From an uncultured Actinomycetota bacterium (GTDB lineage Bacteria; Actinomycetota; Actinomycetes; Mycobacteriales; QHCD01): DNA of 64,000 bases. The stretch is from positions 44,838-108,837 of the forward strand of contig CAWINQ010000004.1 of NCBI GenBank assembly GCA_963837545.1, written 5' to 3'. Made by a program: the position numbers and the translations under genes. Positions 20,080 to 29,017 of this stretch are shown in pieces. Each line of letters begins with the position of its first letter. Within the stretch, counting starts at the first letter, position 1. Below the pieces are notes generated by a model, which searched no databases, was not told the DNA's origin, and saw only the letters and a program-made list of their open reading frames with translations.

Positions 20080-20898
20080 TCAGCCGGCGAGGTCACGGCG
20101 TACCTCGTCGATCCGGTGCAGGATGGTCCCGTCGATCACGTCGTCGCCGACCCGCACGAGCACCCCGCCGAGCACCGTCGGGTCGACATCGATCTGCAGG
20201 ACCACATCTCGACGGTAGATCCGCCCGAGGACCGCGATGAGCCTTTCCTGCTCGTCGTCGGTGAGCGGAACGGCGGTCCGTACCCGGGCGACCGAGCGGT
20301 CCCGGCGGGCCGCGGCCTGGTCGCAGAGGTCCTCGATCGTCCGCTCGAGGCTGCGTCCCCGCGGTACGGCGACGGCCCGGTCGAGCAGCCGTCGGGTGGC
20401 CGGGCGCACCCGGTCGGCGATCAGGGAGTCCAGCAGCTCCTGGCGGCGCTCGGGCGAGACGGCCCGGTCGCCCAGAGCGGTCTGCAGCTCGGGCTCGGCG
20501 TCCAGGATCCGACCGAAGCGGAACAGCTCGTCCTCGACCTCGTCGAGCGCCCCGTCGCGATCCGCGCCGGTGAAGGTGGCCTGCCGGGCGAGGAGCTCGA
20601 TCACGTCGACGAGGTCGGCCGGCTGGGACCAGTGCGCCCGGACGGCGTCGCGGAGGACCTCGAGGGTGACCTCCCCGACCCGCTCGGAGAAGAGGGACTC
20701 CAGCAGCCCGACGCGGGCCTGCTCGGGCGTCGACGCGTCGGCCAGCATCCGGCGCAGCACCGGCTCGTCGTCGAGCACGCCAAGCACGGCGTACAGCTCG
20801 TCGCCGACCTGCAGGGCGCCGGCGCCATCGACGTCACGTAGCGCGCCGTCCAGCCGCTCGTCGAGGCGGGACTGCGACTCCCTGCTCACGCCGTGCAT
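20080..20898 (-). CDS. atpH: F1 ATP synthase subunit delta
   Basis: 272 aa, OSCP/delta-like, positioned between atpF and atpA. Its start overlaps the atpF stop (TGATG). Confidence 0.88.
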   Translation of the reverse strand: MHGVSRESQSRLDERLDGALRDVDGAGALQVGDELYAVLGVLDDEPVLRRMLADASTPEQARVGLLESLFSERVGEVTLEVLRDAVRAHWSQPADLVDVIELLARQATFTGADRDGALDEVEDELFRFGRILDAEPELQTALGDRAVSPERRQELLDSLIADRVRPATRRLLDRAVAVPRGRSLERTIEDLCDQAAARRDRSVARVRTAVPLTDDEQERLIAVLGRIYRRDVVLQIDVDPTVLGGVLVRVGDDVIDGTILHRIDEVRRDLAG

Positions 20899-21446
20899 CA
20901 GCGGGGCACCGAGACGTCCGGGCTGTCGCCGCCGGCGGACAGCTCGTCGAGCTCGCCGATGAACCGGTCGACCGTGCCGTGCCGGCGGGCGTCGTCATCG
21001 AGGGACTCGCCGACGATGCGGCTCGCCAGCTGAACCGACATCTGCCCGATCTCGGTCCGCAGCTCGGCGACAACCTGCCGCCGCTGGGCGGCGAGCTGCT
21101 CCTCGCCGCGGACCCTGATCCGGTCGGCCTCCGCCTGGGCCTGCGTGCGCATCTCCTCGACGATGCTCTGCGCCTCGGCCCGCGCGCCCTCCCGGATCTC
21201 CGCCGCCTTGGCGCGCGCCTCGTGCAGCGACTCCTCGTACTCGGAGCGGGCGGCCTCGAGCTTCTCCTTCGCCTCCCGACTCTCCTCGAGCTGGGTCCTG
21301 ATGATCTCCTGCCGCTCGCGCATCGCCTTCTGGATCGGCGGGACGGCGTAGCGCCAGATGACGAACAGGATGACGAGGAACGCGACCAGCTCCGCGATGA
21401 ACGTCGCGTTGGGGATGAGGAAGATGCTCGCTGCATCGGTACGCAT
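20898..21446 (-). CDS. atpF: Fo ATP synthase subunit b
   Basis: 182 aa. One N-terminal TM helix followed by a long charged helix (AKAAEIREGARAEAQ...). Confidence 0.9.
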   Translation of the reverse strand: MRTDAASIFLIPNATFIAELVAFLVILFVIWRYAVPPIQKAMRERQEIIRTQLEESREAKEKLEAARSEYEESLHEARAKAAEIREGARAEAQSIVEEMRTQAQAEADRIRVRGEEQLAAQRRQVVAELRTEIGQMSVQLASRIVGESLDDDARRHGTVDRFIGELDELSAGGDSPDVSVPR

Positions 21447-21457
21447 TGGAGCCTCGA

Positions 21458-22480
<1,023 letters not shown>

Positions 22481-22484
<4 letters not shown>

Positions 22485-22891
22485 GCTTTCCGCAACTCCT
22501 TGATCACCGGAACGGACGCGTTGCCCACCATCAACAGCTGGAAGATCGCCAGGCCGGCGAGCACACCGATGCCGTCCGGGTGCACCAGCAGAAGAATGAC
22601 CAGCGCCACAACGGTGATGGCGAGGAGCCGGCCGAACACACCGCCGACGAAGCGCTGCTTGCGGTTGGGGCGGTTCTCCGCCGCGAAGCGGGCCACCGAG
22701 CGCTGCACCAGGGCCGTGTTGCCTGCCCCCATGGCCAGGCCGACGACGACGAAGACCCCCACCCAGGCATGGCCGAGCACTGCCGAGACCACCACGGCCG
22801 CCACTGCGACCGGTACGGCCAGCAGTATCGACCGCCGTAGGTTCGCGACGGCATGCCCCGGTTGGGCGGAGATAGCCGGGCCCTCGTTCAC
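22481..22891 (-). CDS. atpI: ATP synthase protein I-like membrane protein
   Basis: Hydrophobic protein directly upstream of atpB, overlapping it (ATGATGA). The start guess is GTG 22891. The ORF-track start at 23221 overlaps the preceding small gene. Confidence 0.6.
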
Positions 22892-22908
22892 CGCGGTTGT
22901 CCTCGCTC

Positions 22909-23115
22909 TCAGCCTTTGAGAAATGTTCGGATCCGTAGATACGTGGTCAGGCAGGCTCCAACGATACCGACCCCCGTTCCGACCACCGCATACAGCGGGG
23001 TGGTGTGGAACTCGGCGTCGATCACGAGCCCGATGACCAGACCGCCCACGACACAGCCGACGATCAGCGACCCCAGGGTGATCAGGTCCCACGCGCTCGG
23101 TGTGCGTTGGTCCAT
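22909..23115 (-). CDS. AtpZ/AtpI-family small membrane protein
   Basis: 68 aa with two TM helices (LITLGSLIVGCVVGGLVIGLVI, LYAVVGTGVGIVGACLTTYL). First gene of the atp cluster. Confidence 0.6.
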   Translation of the reverse strand: MDQRTPSAWDLITLGSLIVGCVVGGLVIGLVIDAEFHTTPLYAVVGTGVGIVGACLTTYLRIRTFLKG

Positions 23116-23320
23116 GTGACTCGCCTACTACCGCGGCAAGGGCTTTCGCATATCGCTCCCAGTGACCACATCGACCGGCCAGCCACCGCATGCGCGATGC
23201 CAGAACCGGTCGATCCCGCACTTGGTCGGGACGTCGGCGACGCTATCACATGGTCATGAGTCCTTTGCCCGTCGGGGTGGGACGCCGGTCTCCCCTGCCG
23301 AAGGGCGATTCCGGGGGTGC

Positions 23321-24433
23321 TCAGCGGGTGGGCCGACGCAGTGCCCGCAGCCGCGGGATGCTCGACAGGACCAGCGCGACCACGGCGAGAGCACCGACCA
23401 TCGAGAGCACGAGGGCGGGGCTGGAGGTGATCGATATCGACACCCCGCCGAAGGCGAGCAGGGCGGCCCAGAAGTAGATCAGGAGCACCGCACGGCGCTG
23501 GGAGTGGCCGATCTCGAGCAGCCGATGGTGCAGGTGCAGCTTGTCCGCGCTGAACGGCGAGCGTCCCGCCTTGACCCGCCGGACGACGGCGAGGATCAGG
23601 TCCACGAAGGGCACCGCCAGCACGATGAGCGGGATCAGCAGCGGCAGCAGCAGGGGCAGGGCGCCGGCCAGGCTGCCGAAGGACTGCGGGTCGGCCGTCG
23701 TCGCAGTGGTGGCGGCCGAGGCGAGAAGCAGGCCGACGAGCATCGCCCCGGAGTCGCCCATGAAGGTGCGGGCCGGTTGGAAGTTGTGCGGCAGGAAACC
23801 GACGCAGGCCCCGGCCAGCACGGCGCTGATGAGCGTCGGCGTGTAGGCCACGTCGCCGTAGCCGACCTTTCCGAGGTGGTAGGCGTAGAGGAAGAACGCC
23901 AAGCCGGCGATCGCCGCCACGCCGGCGGCGAGCCCGTCGAGCCCGTCGATGAAGTTCAGTGCATTGACGATGAGCACGCACAGCAGCACCGTCAACGGGA
24001 CCGCCTCGTCGCGGCCGAGCAGTACCGTGCCCACCCCGAAGGGCAGATAGAAGAGCAGCAGCTGCACGCCCAGCAGCACCATGACCCCGGCGGCGACGAT
24101 CTGGCCCGCCAGCTTGGTCAGGGCGTCGAGCTCCCACCGGTCGTCGATCACGCCGACGGCGCAGATCAGCCCGCCGGCGATGAGGATGGCCGAGGTTTCC
24201 GAGGAGTTGGCGAAGGTCCGTTGCAGGGTCGGCATGTGGTGGGCGACCAACAACGCCGCTGCGACCCCGCCGTACATCGCGACGCCGCCGAGCTTCGGGG
24301 TCGGGATCGTGTGCACGTCCCGGTCGCGCGGCTGCGCCATCGCCCCCCACTTCACCGCCACCACCCGCATGAGCGGGGTCAGCAGAAACGTGACCGCCGC
24401 GGCGACGCAGAGGACGAGGGCATATTCACGCAT
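23321..24433 (-). CDS. wecA: undecaprenyl-phosphate GlcNAc-1-phosphate transferase (MraY/WecA family)
   Basis: 370 aa polytopic protein. Contains VNALNFIDGLDGLAAG (the NxxNxxDGxDGL motif). Same position as rfe/Rv1302 next to the atp operon. Confidence 0.88.
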   Translation of the reverse strand: MREYALVLCVAAAVTFLLTPLMRVVAVKWGAMAQPRDRDVHTIPTPKLGGVAMYGGVAAALLVAHHMPTLQRTFANSSETSAILIAGGLICAVGVIDDRWELDALTKLAGQIVAAGVMVLLGVQLLLFYLPFGVGTVLLGRDEAVPLTVLLCVLIVNALNFIDGLDGLAAGVAAIAGLAFFLYAYHLGKVGYGDVAYTPTLISAVLAGACVGFLPHNFQPARTFMGDSGAMLVGLLLASAATTATTADPQSFGSLAGALPLLLPLLIPLIVLAVPFVDLILAVVRRVKAGRSPFSADKLHLHHRLLEIGHSQRRAVLLIYFWAALLAFGGVSISITSSPALVLSMVGALAVVALVLSSIPRLRALRRPTR

Positions 24434-24442
24434 CGGCCCGGG

Positions 24443-25747
24443 TCAGCCCCCGACCGCCGCCGTCTGTTCCGGCCGGGGATAGGCCGGGTAGCGGGCGACC
24501 AGGGCCTCGACGGTCGAGGACACCTCCGCGAGGGCCGCCCGGCCGGCGTCGGTCTGCGGATCGGACCGCACGGCGCGGCCGATGAGCGACGCGACCTCCT
24601 TCATGTCGCTCTCCCCCATGCCCTGGGTGGTGACGGACGGGGTCCCGACCCGGATCCCGGAGGCGATCATCGGCTTGGCCGGGTCGTAGGGGATGGCGTT
24701 CTTGTTCAGCGTGATCCGGGCCGCGTCGCAGCGGGCCTCCGCGTCGCGGCCGGTGACCCCGAGCTCCTGCAGGTCGATGAGCGCCAGATGGGTGTCGGTG
24801 CCACCCGAGACCGGGCGCATCCCCTCGGCCGCCAGCCCGTCCGCCAGCGCCTGGGCGTTGGCGACGACCTGGCGGGCGTAGTCCTGGAAGGCCGGCTGCT
24901 GCGCTTCCTTGAGCGCGACGGCCTTGGCCGCCACCGCATGCATCAGCGGGCCACCCTGACCGAACGGGAACACCGCCTTGTCGATCCGCTTGGCCATGTC
25001 GTCGGTGCACAGAATCATCCCGCCGCGGGGGCCGCGCAGGACCTTGTGGGTGGTGAGGGTGACGATGTCGGCGTAGGGCACCGGGCTCGGGATCGCCCCG
25101 CCCGCGACCAGGCCGATGAAGTGCGCGGCATCGACCATCAGGGTGGCACCGACCTCGTCGGCGATGGCCCGGAACGTCGCGAAGTCGATCAGCCGCGGAT
25201 ACGCCGTCGCGCCGCAGATGATCATCTTCGGCCGGTGCTCGCGGGCCAGGTCGAGCACCTCGTCGTAGTCGATGAGTTCGGTGTCGCGCTTCACCGAGTA
25301 GCCGATCGTGTGGAACCACTTGCCGGAGAAGTTGACCGGGCTGCCGTGGGTGAGGTGGCCTCCGTGCGGAAGCGACATGGCCAGCACCGTGTCGCCGGGT
25401 TGCAGGATCGCCGCGTAGGCGGCGAGGTTGGCGCTCGCCCCGGAGTGCGGCTGCAGGTTGGCGTGCTCGGCGCGGAAGAGCTCCTTGGCTCGGGCGATGC
25501 CGATCTCCTCGGCCTTGTCGACCTCGGCGCAGCCGCCGTAGTAGCGGCGACCGGGGTAGCCCTCGGCGTACTTGTTCGACAGGGTGCTGCCGAGCGCCGC
25601 GAGGACCGCAGGGCTGGTGAGGTTCTCACTCGCGATCAGCTGCAGGCCGCCGCGCAGGCGCTCCAGCTCGCCGAGCACGACCCCGGCGATCTCCGGATCC
25701 TCCGCGGCGAGCGCGTCGAAATCCGGACCCCAGAACGGTGTGCTCAT
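24443..25747 (-). CDS. glyA: serine hydroxymethyltransferase
   Basis: 434 aa. PLP-lysine motif TTHKVLRGPRGG. N-terminal LQLIASENLTSPAVLAALGS. Confidence 0.97.
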   Translation of the reverse strand: MSTPFWGPDFDALAAEDPEIAGVVLGELERLRGGLQLIASENLTSPAVLAALGSTLSNKYAEGYPGRRYYGGCAEVDKAEEIGIARAKELFRAEHANLQPHSGASANLAAYAAILQPGDTVLAMSLPHGGHLTHGSPVNFSGKWFHTIGYSVKRDTELIDYDEVLDLAREHRPKMIICGATAYPRLIDFATFRAIADEVGATLMVDAAHFIGLVAGGAIPSPVPYADIVTLTTHKVLRGPRGGMILCTDDMAKRIDKAVFPFGQGGPLMHAVAAKAVALKEAQQPAFQDYARQVVANAQALADGLAAEGMRPVSGGTDTHLALIDLQELGVTGRDAEARCDAARITLNKNAIPYDPAKPMIASGIRVGTPSVTTQGMGESDMKEVASLIGRAVRSDPQTDAGRAALAEVSSTVEALVARYPAYPRPEQTAAVGG

Positions 25748-25820
25748 CGCGATGCTCCTCGACCGTGGGTGCTTTCCAACTCTACGGCGATCCCCGCGTC
25801 ACATGATGCGGGTTGTGACG

Positions 25821-26483
25821 CTAGCGCCCCGGGGTGTCGTCCGGTACGACGAGGTCGGGGATGATCTCGCGGATCGCTTCCGCGGAGACCGCCCCGGCCC
25901 GCCGCAGGACCGGGTCGGAACCGGTCAGATCGACGATGCTGGACGGAACCGGATCTGCGCACGTACCGCCGTCGAGGTAGACGGTGACCGATTCACCCAG
26001 CTGGTCCCGGGCGTCGGCCATCGTGAGTGCCGGCGGCGACCCGGTGCGATTGGCGCTGGAGACGGCCATCGGGCCGGTCCGGGTCAGCAGGTCGAGCGCC
26101 ACCGGATGAGCGGGCATCCGCACCGCCACGGTGCCCCGGGTGTCGCCCAGATCCCAGGCCAGCGAGGAGGCGTGCTCGACGATGATGGTCAACCCGCCCG
26201 GCCAGAACGCCTCGACCAGCTCCCGGGCGTCGGGGTGGACGGCGACGACGAGGCCGTCCAGCCCGGACCAGGAGCCGACCAGCACCGGGGTGGGCATGTC
26301 GCGGCCGCGGCCCTTGGCCGTGAGTAGGGCGTCGACCGCCGTCGGGCTGAACGCCTCCGCGCCCACGCCGTAGACGGTGTCGGTGGGGAGTACGACAAGC
26401 TCGTCCCGCTTCACCGCCGCCTCGGCCGCGACGATCCCGTCCGCCCGGTCCTGCGGGTCGGAGCAGTCGTAGAGCAGGCTCAC
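25821..26483 (-). CDS. tsaC: L-threonylcarbamoyladenylate synthase (Sua5/YwlC/TsaC family)
   Basis: VSLLYDCS...LVVLPTDTVYGVGAEAF. GTG 26483 overlaps the prmC stop (GTGA). The ORF-track extension to 27050 overlaps prmC. Confidence 0.85.
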   Translation of the reverse strand: MSLLYDCSDPQDRADGIVAAEAAVKRDELVVLPTDTVYGVGAEAFSPTAVDALLTAKGRGRDMPTPVLVGSWSGLDGLVVAVHPDARELVEAFWPGGLTIIVEHASSLAWDLGDTRGTVAVRMPAHPVALDLLTRTGPMAVSSANRTGSPPALTMADARDQLGESVTVYLDGGTCADPVPSSIVDLTGSDPVLRRAGAVSAEAIREIIPDLVVPDDTPGR

Positions 26484-27343
26484 CGGGCACCGTTCCTTCC
26501 TGCGTCGTGCGCTACGTCCGGTGCCCGCACGGCCGTGGCGAACCTCGGCCTCCCGGCGAGATCGCGGTGGTCGGTCACCTGCTCCCAGCCTCCCATTGCC
26601 GACAGGAGCGCCGGCACGCACTCCCCTTGCCGGTCCGCGTGCTCGACACCGAAGAACCCACCCGGGCGCAGCAGCCGCGCGGCGGTGGCCGCGACGACCC
26701 GGACGACGTCGAGCCCGTCCGGGCCGCCCCACAGGGCGGCCGCCGGGTCGTGCCGGGCGACCTCGGGCTCCACGGTCGAACCGTCCGGGATGTAGGGCGG
26801 GTTGGCCAGCACCAGATCGACCCGGCCGGTGTGCTCGGGCAGGGCACCGTCCGCGTCGGTGCAGTGCATCTCGACCCGCCGGTCGGCGTTGTTGCGCTCG
26901 GCCCACGCCACCGCGAAGCGCTCCCGCTCGACCGCGTGGACCTCGGCCTGCGGCGCCTCGTCGGCGACGCTCAGCGCAATGGCCCCGCTGCCCGAGCACA
27001 GGTCGACGACCACCGGCGCGGGCAGCCCGGCCAGCCGGGCCAGTCCCCACTCGACCAGGACCTCGGTCTCCGGCCGTGGGACGAACACCCCCGGCCCCAC
27101 GGCGAGCTCCAACCGCCGGAAGCCGGCGGTGCCGGTCAGGTGCTGGAGCGGGACCCGGTCGGCCCGCTGCTCGATGAGCGCGAGGTAGGCGACGCGTGCC
27201 TCGGCCGGGACCTCGCCGACCGTGATCAGGAGGCCCGGGGCGATCCTCAGGGCGTGGGCGAGCAGCAGCCGGGCGTCATGTTCGGGGCTGGCCACCCCGG
27301 CCTCCCGCAGCCGCTCGCCCCCCTGCCGCACCAACCCCTCCAC
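26480..27343 (-). CDS. prmC: peptide chain release factor N5-glutamine methyltransferase
   Basis: NPPYIP motif and LLLAHAL...LTGTAGFRRLELAV. The start is placed at GTG 27343 (GTG 27331 is an alternative), just downstream of repeat copy B. Confidence 0.85.
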   Translation of the reverse strand: MEGLVRQGGERLREAGVASPEHDARLLLAHALRIAPGLLITVGEVPAEARVAYLALIEQRADRVPLQHLTGTAGFRRLELAVGPGVFVPRPETEVLVEWGLARLAGLPAPVVVDLCSGSGAIALSVADEAPQAEVHAVERERFAVAWAERNNADRRVEMHCTDADGALPEHTGRVDLVLANPPYIPDGSTVEPEVARHDPAAALWGGPDGLDVVRVVAATAARLLRPGGFFGVEHADRQGECVPALLSAMGGWEQVTDHRDLAGRPRFATAVRAPDVAHDAGRNGAR

Positions 27344-27351
27344 CCCCGCGC

Positions 27352-27431
27352 GAACAAACGCACTACCAGTGCGTTGTGGAGGCTCCGTACGGCGCGTCGC
27401 GGACCCAAACGCACTAGTAGTGCGTTTGTTG
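27352..27431. repeat. composite palindromic intergenic element, copy B
   Basis: Half-sites at 27354-27379 and 27406-27428. The second is a perfect 23-nt palindrome, CAAACGCACTAGTAGTGCGTTTG. The spacer contains GTACGGCGCGTC. Confidence 0.85.
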
Positions 27432-27473
27432 CCGAGGTCGCCGGGGTCGCGGGGCATGGGACGAATCGGGCGG

Positions 27474-28562
27474 TCAGCGGGTGCGGGAGGAGGGTTCGGT
27501 GTCGGCGAGCATCGCCTCGGCATCGGCGCGGGTCAGGGCGTCGATCACGGCGTCGAGGTCGCCGTCGAGGACCTGCTCGAGGTTGTATGCCTTGTAGCCG
27601 ACCCGGTGGTCGGAGATGCGGCTCTCCGGAAAGTTGTACGTACGGACCCGCTCGCTGCGGTCGACCGTCCGCACCTGGCTCCGGCGCGCGTCGGAGGCCT
27701 CCTGGTCGGCCTGCTCCTGTGCCATCGCGAGCAGGCGGGCCCGCATCACCCGCAGCGCCGCCTCGCGGTTCTGCAGCTGGCTCTTCTCGTTCTGCATCGA
27801 GACGACCGTGCCGGTCGGCACGTGGGTCAGCCGGACGGCCGAGTCGGTGGTGTTGACGCTCTGCCCGCCCGGCCCCGACGAGCGGAACACGTCCACCCGC
27901 AGGTCGCCGGGCTCGATCGCGATCTCGACGTCCTCGGCCTCGGGCAGCACCACGACCCCGGCCGCCGAGGTATGGATGCGGCCCTGCGACTCGGTCACCG
28001 GGACCCGCTGGACGCGGTGCACGCCGCCTTCGAACTTCAGCCGGTTCCAGACGCCTCCCCCGCCGCGCGCCTTCACTCCGACGCTGACGTCGCGGTAGCC
28101 GCCGAGCTCGGTCGGTTCGGCGTCGAGCACCTCGGTCTGCCAGCCGCGGCGTTCGGCATAACGCAGATACATGCGCAGCAGATCGCCGGCGAACAACGCC
28201 GACTCCTCGCCGCCCTCGCCCGCCTTGATCTGCAGGATCACGTCCTTGGTGTCGTTGGGGTCCTTGGGCAGCAGCTGCTCGCGCAACTTCGCCTGCAGCT
28301 CGTCGATCCGTACGTCGAGGTCGGCGGCCTCGCGGGCGAAGGACGAGTCCTCGTGGGCGAGCTCCCGGGCGGCGTCCCGGTCGTTACGGGCGGTCTCGAG
28401 CGCCCGGGCGGTCTCCACGACGGGGCCGAGCTCGGCGTAGCGTCGGCCGAGCGTACGGGCCCGGGCCTGGTCGGCGTGCACCGCCGGATCGGCGAGGATG
28501 CGCTCGAGCTCGGCGTGCTCGGCGAGCAGGCCGGGCAGCGCTTCGGGAGTCGTATCGCTCAT
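27474..28562 (-). CDS. prfA: peptide chain release factor 1
   Basis: 362 aa. GGQ motif in [20 protein letters not shown]. Confidence 0.97.
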   Translation of the reverse strand: MSDTTPEALPGLLAEHAELERILADPAVHADQARARTLGRRYAELGPVVETARALETARNDRDAARELAHEDSSFAREAADLDVRIDELQAKLREQLLPKDPNDTKDVILQIKAGEGGEESALFAGDLLRMYLRYAERRGWQTEVLDAEPTELGGYRDVSVGVKARGGGGVWNRLKFEGGVHRVQRVPVTESQGRIHTSAAGVVVLPEAEDVEIAIEPGDLRVDVFRSSGPGGQSVNTTDSAVRLTHVPTGTVVSMQNEKSQLQNREAALRVMRARLLAMAQEQADQEASDARRSQVRTVDRSERVRTYNFPESRISDHRVGYKAYNLEQVLDGDLDAVIDALTRADAEAMLADTEPSSRTR

Positions 28563-28616
28563 CGCTCACCTCACTCTCGAGCGGAGTCCACCCGGGGAAT
28601 CTGTGCAGACAGCGCA

Positions 28617-28649
28617 CGACGCCCGACCCAGATCGGGTCGGGCGTCGTG
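28617..28649 (-). terminator. GC-rich hairpin between rpmE and prfA (candidate intrinsic terminator or attenuator without a U-tract)
   Basis: Perfect 14-bp inverted repeat, ACGACGCCCGACCC (28617-28630) and GGGTCGGGCGTCGT (28636-28649), with a 5-nt loop. It lies 7 nt downstream of the rpmE stop. Confidence 0.5.
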
Positions 28650-28655
28650 TGATCG

Positions 28656-28880
28656 CTATTTGGAGTCGTTGCGGGCGCGCTTGCCGAACCGCTTCTCGAA
28701 GCGAGCCACCCGGCCGCCGGTGTCGAGAATCTTCTGCTTGCCGGTATAGAAGGGGTGGCAGGCCGAGCACATCTCGGCGTGCATCGACCCGGACTTCGCG
28801 GTACTCCGGGTGGTGAACGTGTTGCCGCACGAGCAGGTGACCTGTGTCGTCACGTACTGCGGGTGAATTCCAGCCTTCAA
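28656..28880 (-). CDS. rpmE: 50S ribosomal protein L31 (Cys-containing, zinc-binding form)
   Basis: (L)[21 protein letters not shown]...[16 protein letters not shown] 28880 reproduces the family N-terminus MKxGIHP and follows GAGAGGA. ATG 28898 is the ORF-track alternative. Confidence 0.9.
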   Translation of the reverse strand: MKAGIHPQYVTTQVTCSCGNTFTTRSTAKSGSMHAEMCSACHPFYTGKQKILDTGGRVARFEKRFGKRARNDSK

Positions 28881-29017
28881 CGGATGTCCTCTCGTCATGG
28901 TCGCCGGGTCGCCCGAATCGGACGTGAACCGGAACCGTCTCCGTCACCAGTGTGCCAGACCCGCCCATTTCGGTGGACGGGCCGGCCACTGGCCAATGAA
29001 CGCCGTGGCGTCGCGGA

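Noticed and set aside
25796-25821. 8-bp hairpin GCGTCACA/TGTGACGC overlapping the tsaC stop, about 50 nt upstream of glyA.
   Set aside because: The stem is short, the loop is 10 nt and there is no U-tract. It does not resemble any riboswitch I know. It is too weak to call.
23162-25864. 900-aa + strand ORF.
   Set aside because: It is antisense to wecA and glyA. It has no motifs and an Arg/Gly/Asp-rich composition. It is an artefact.
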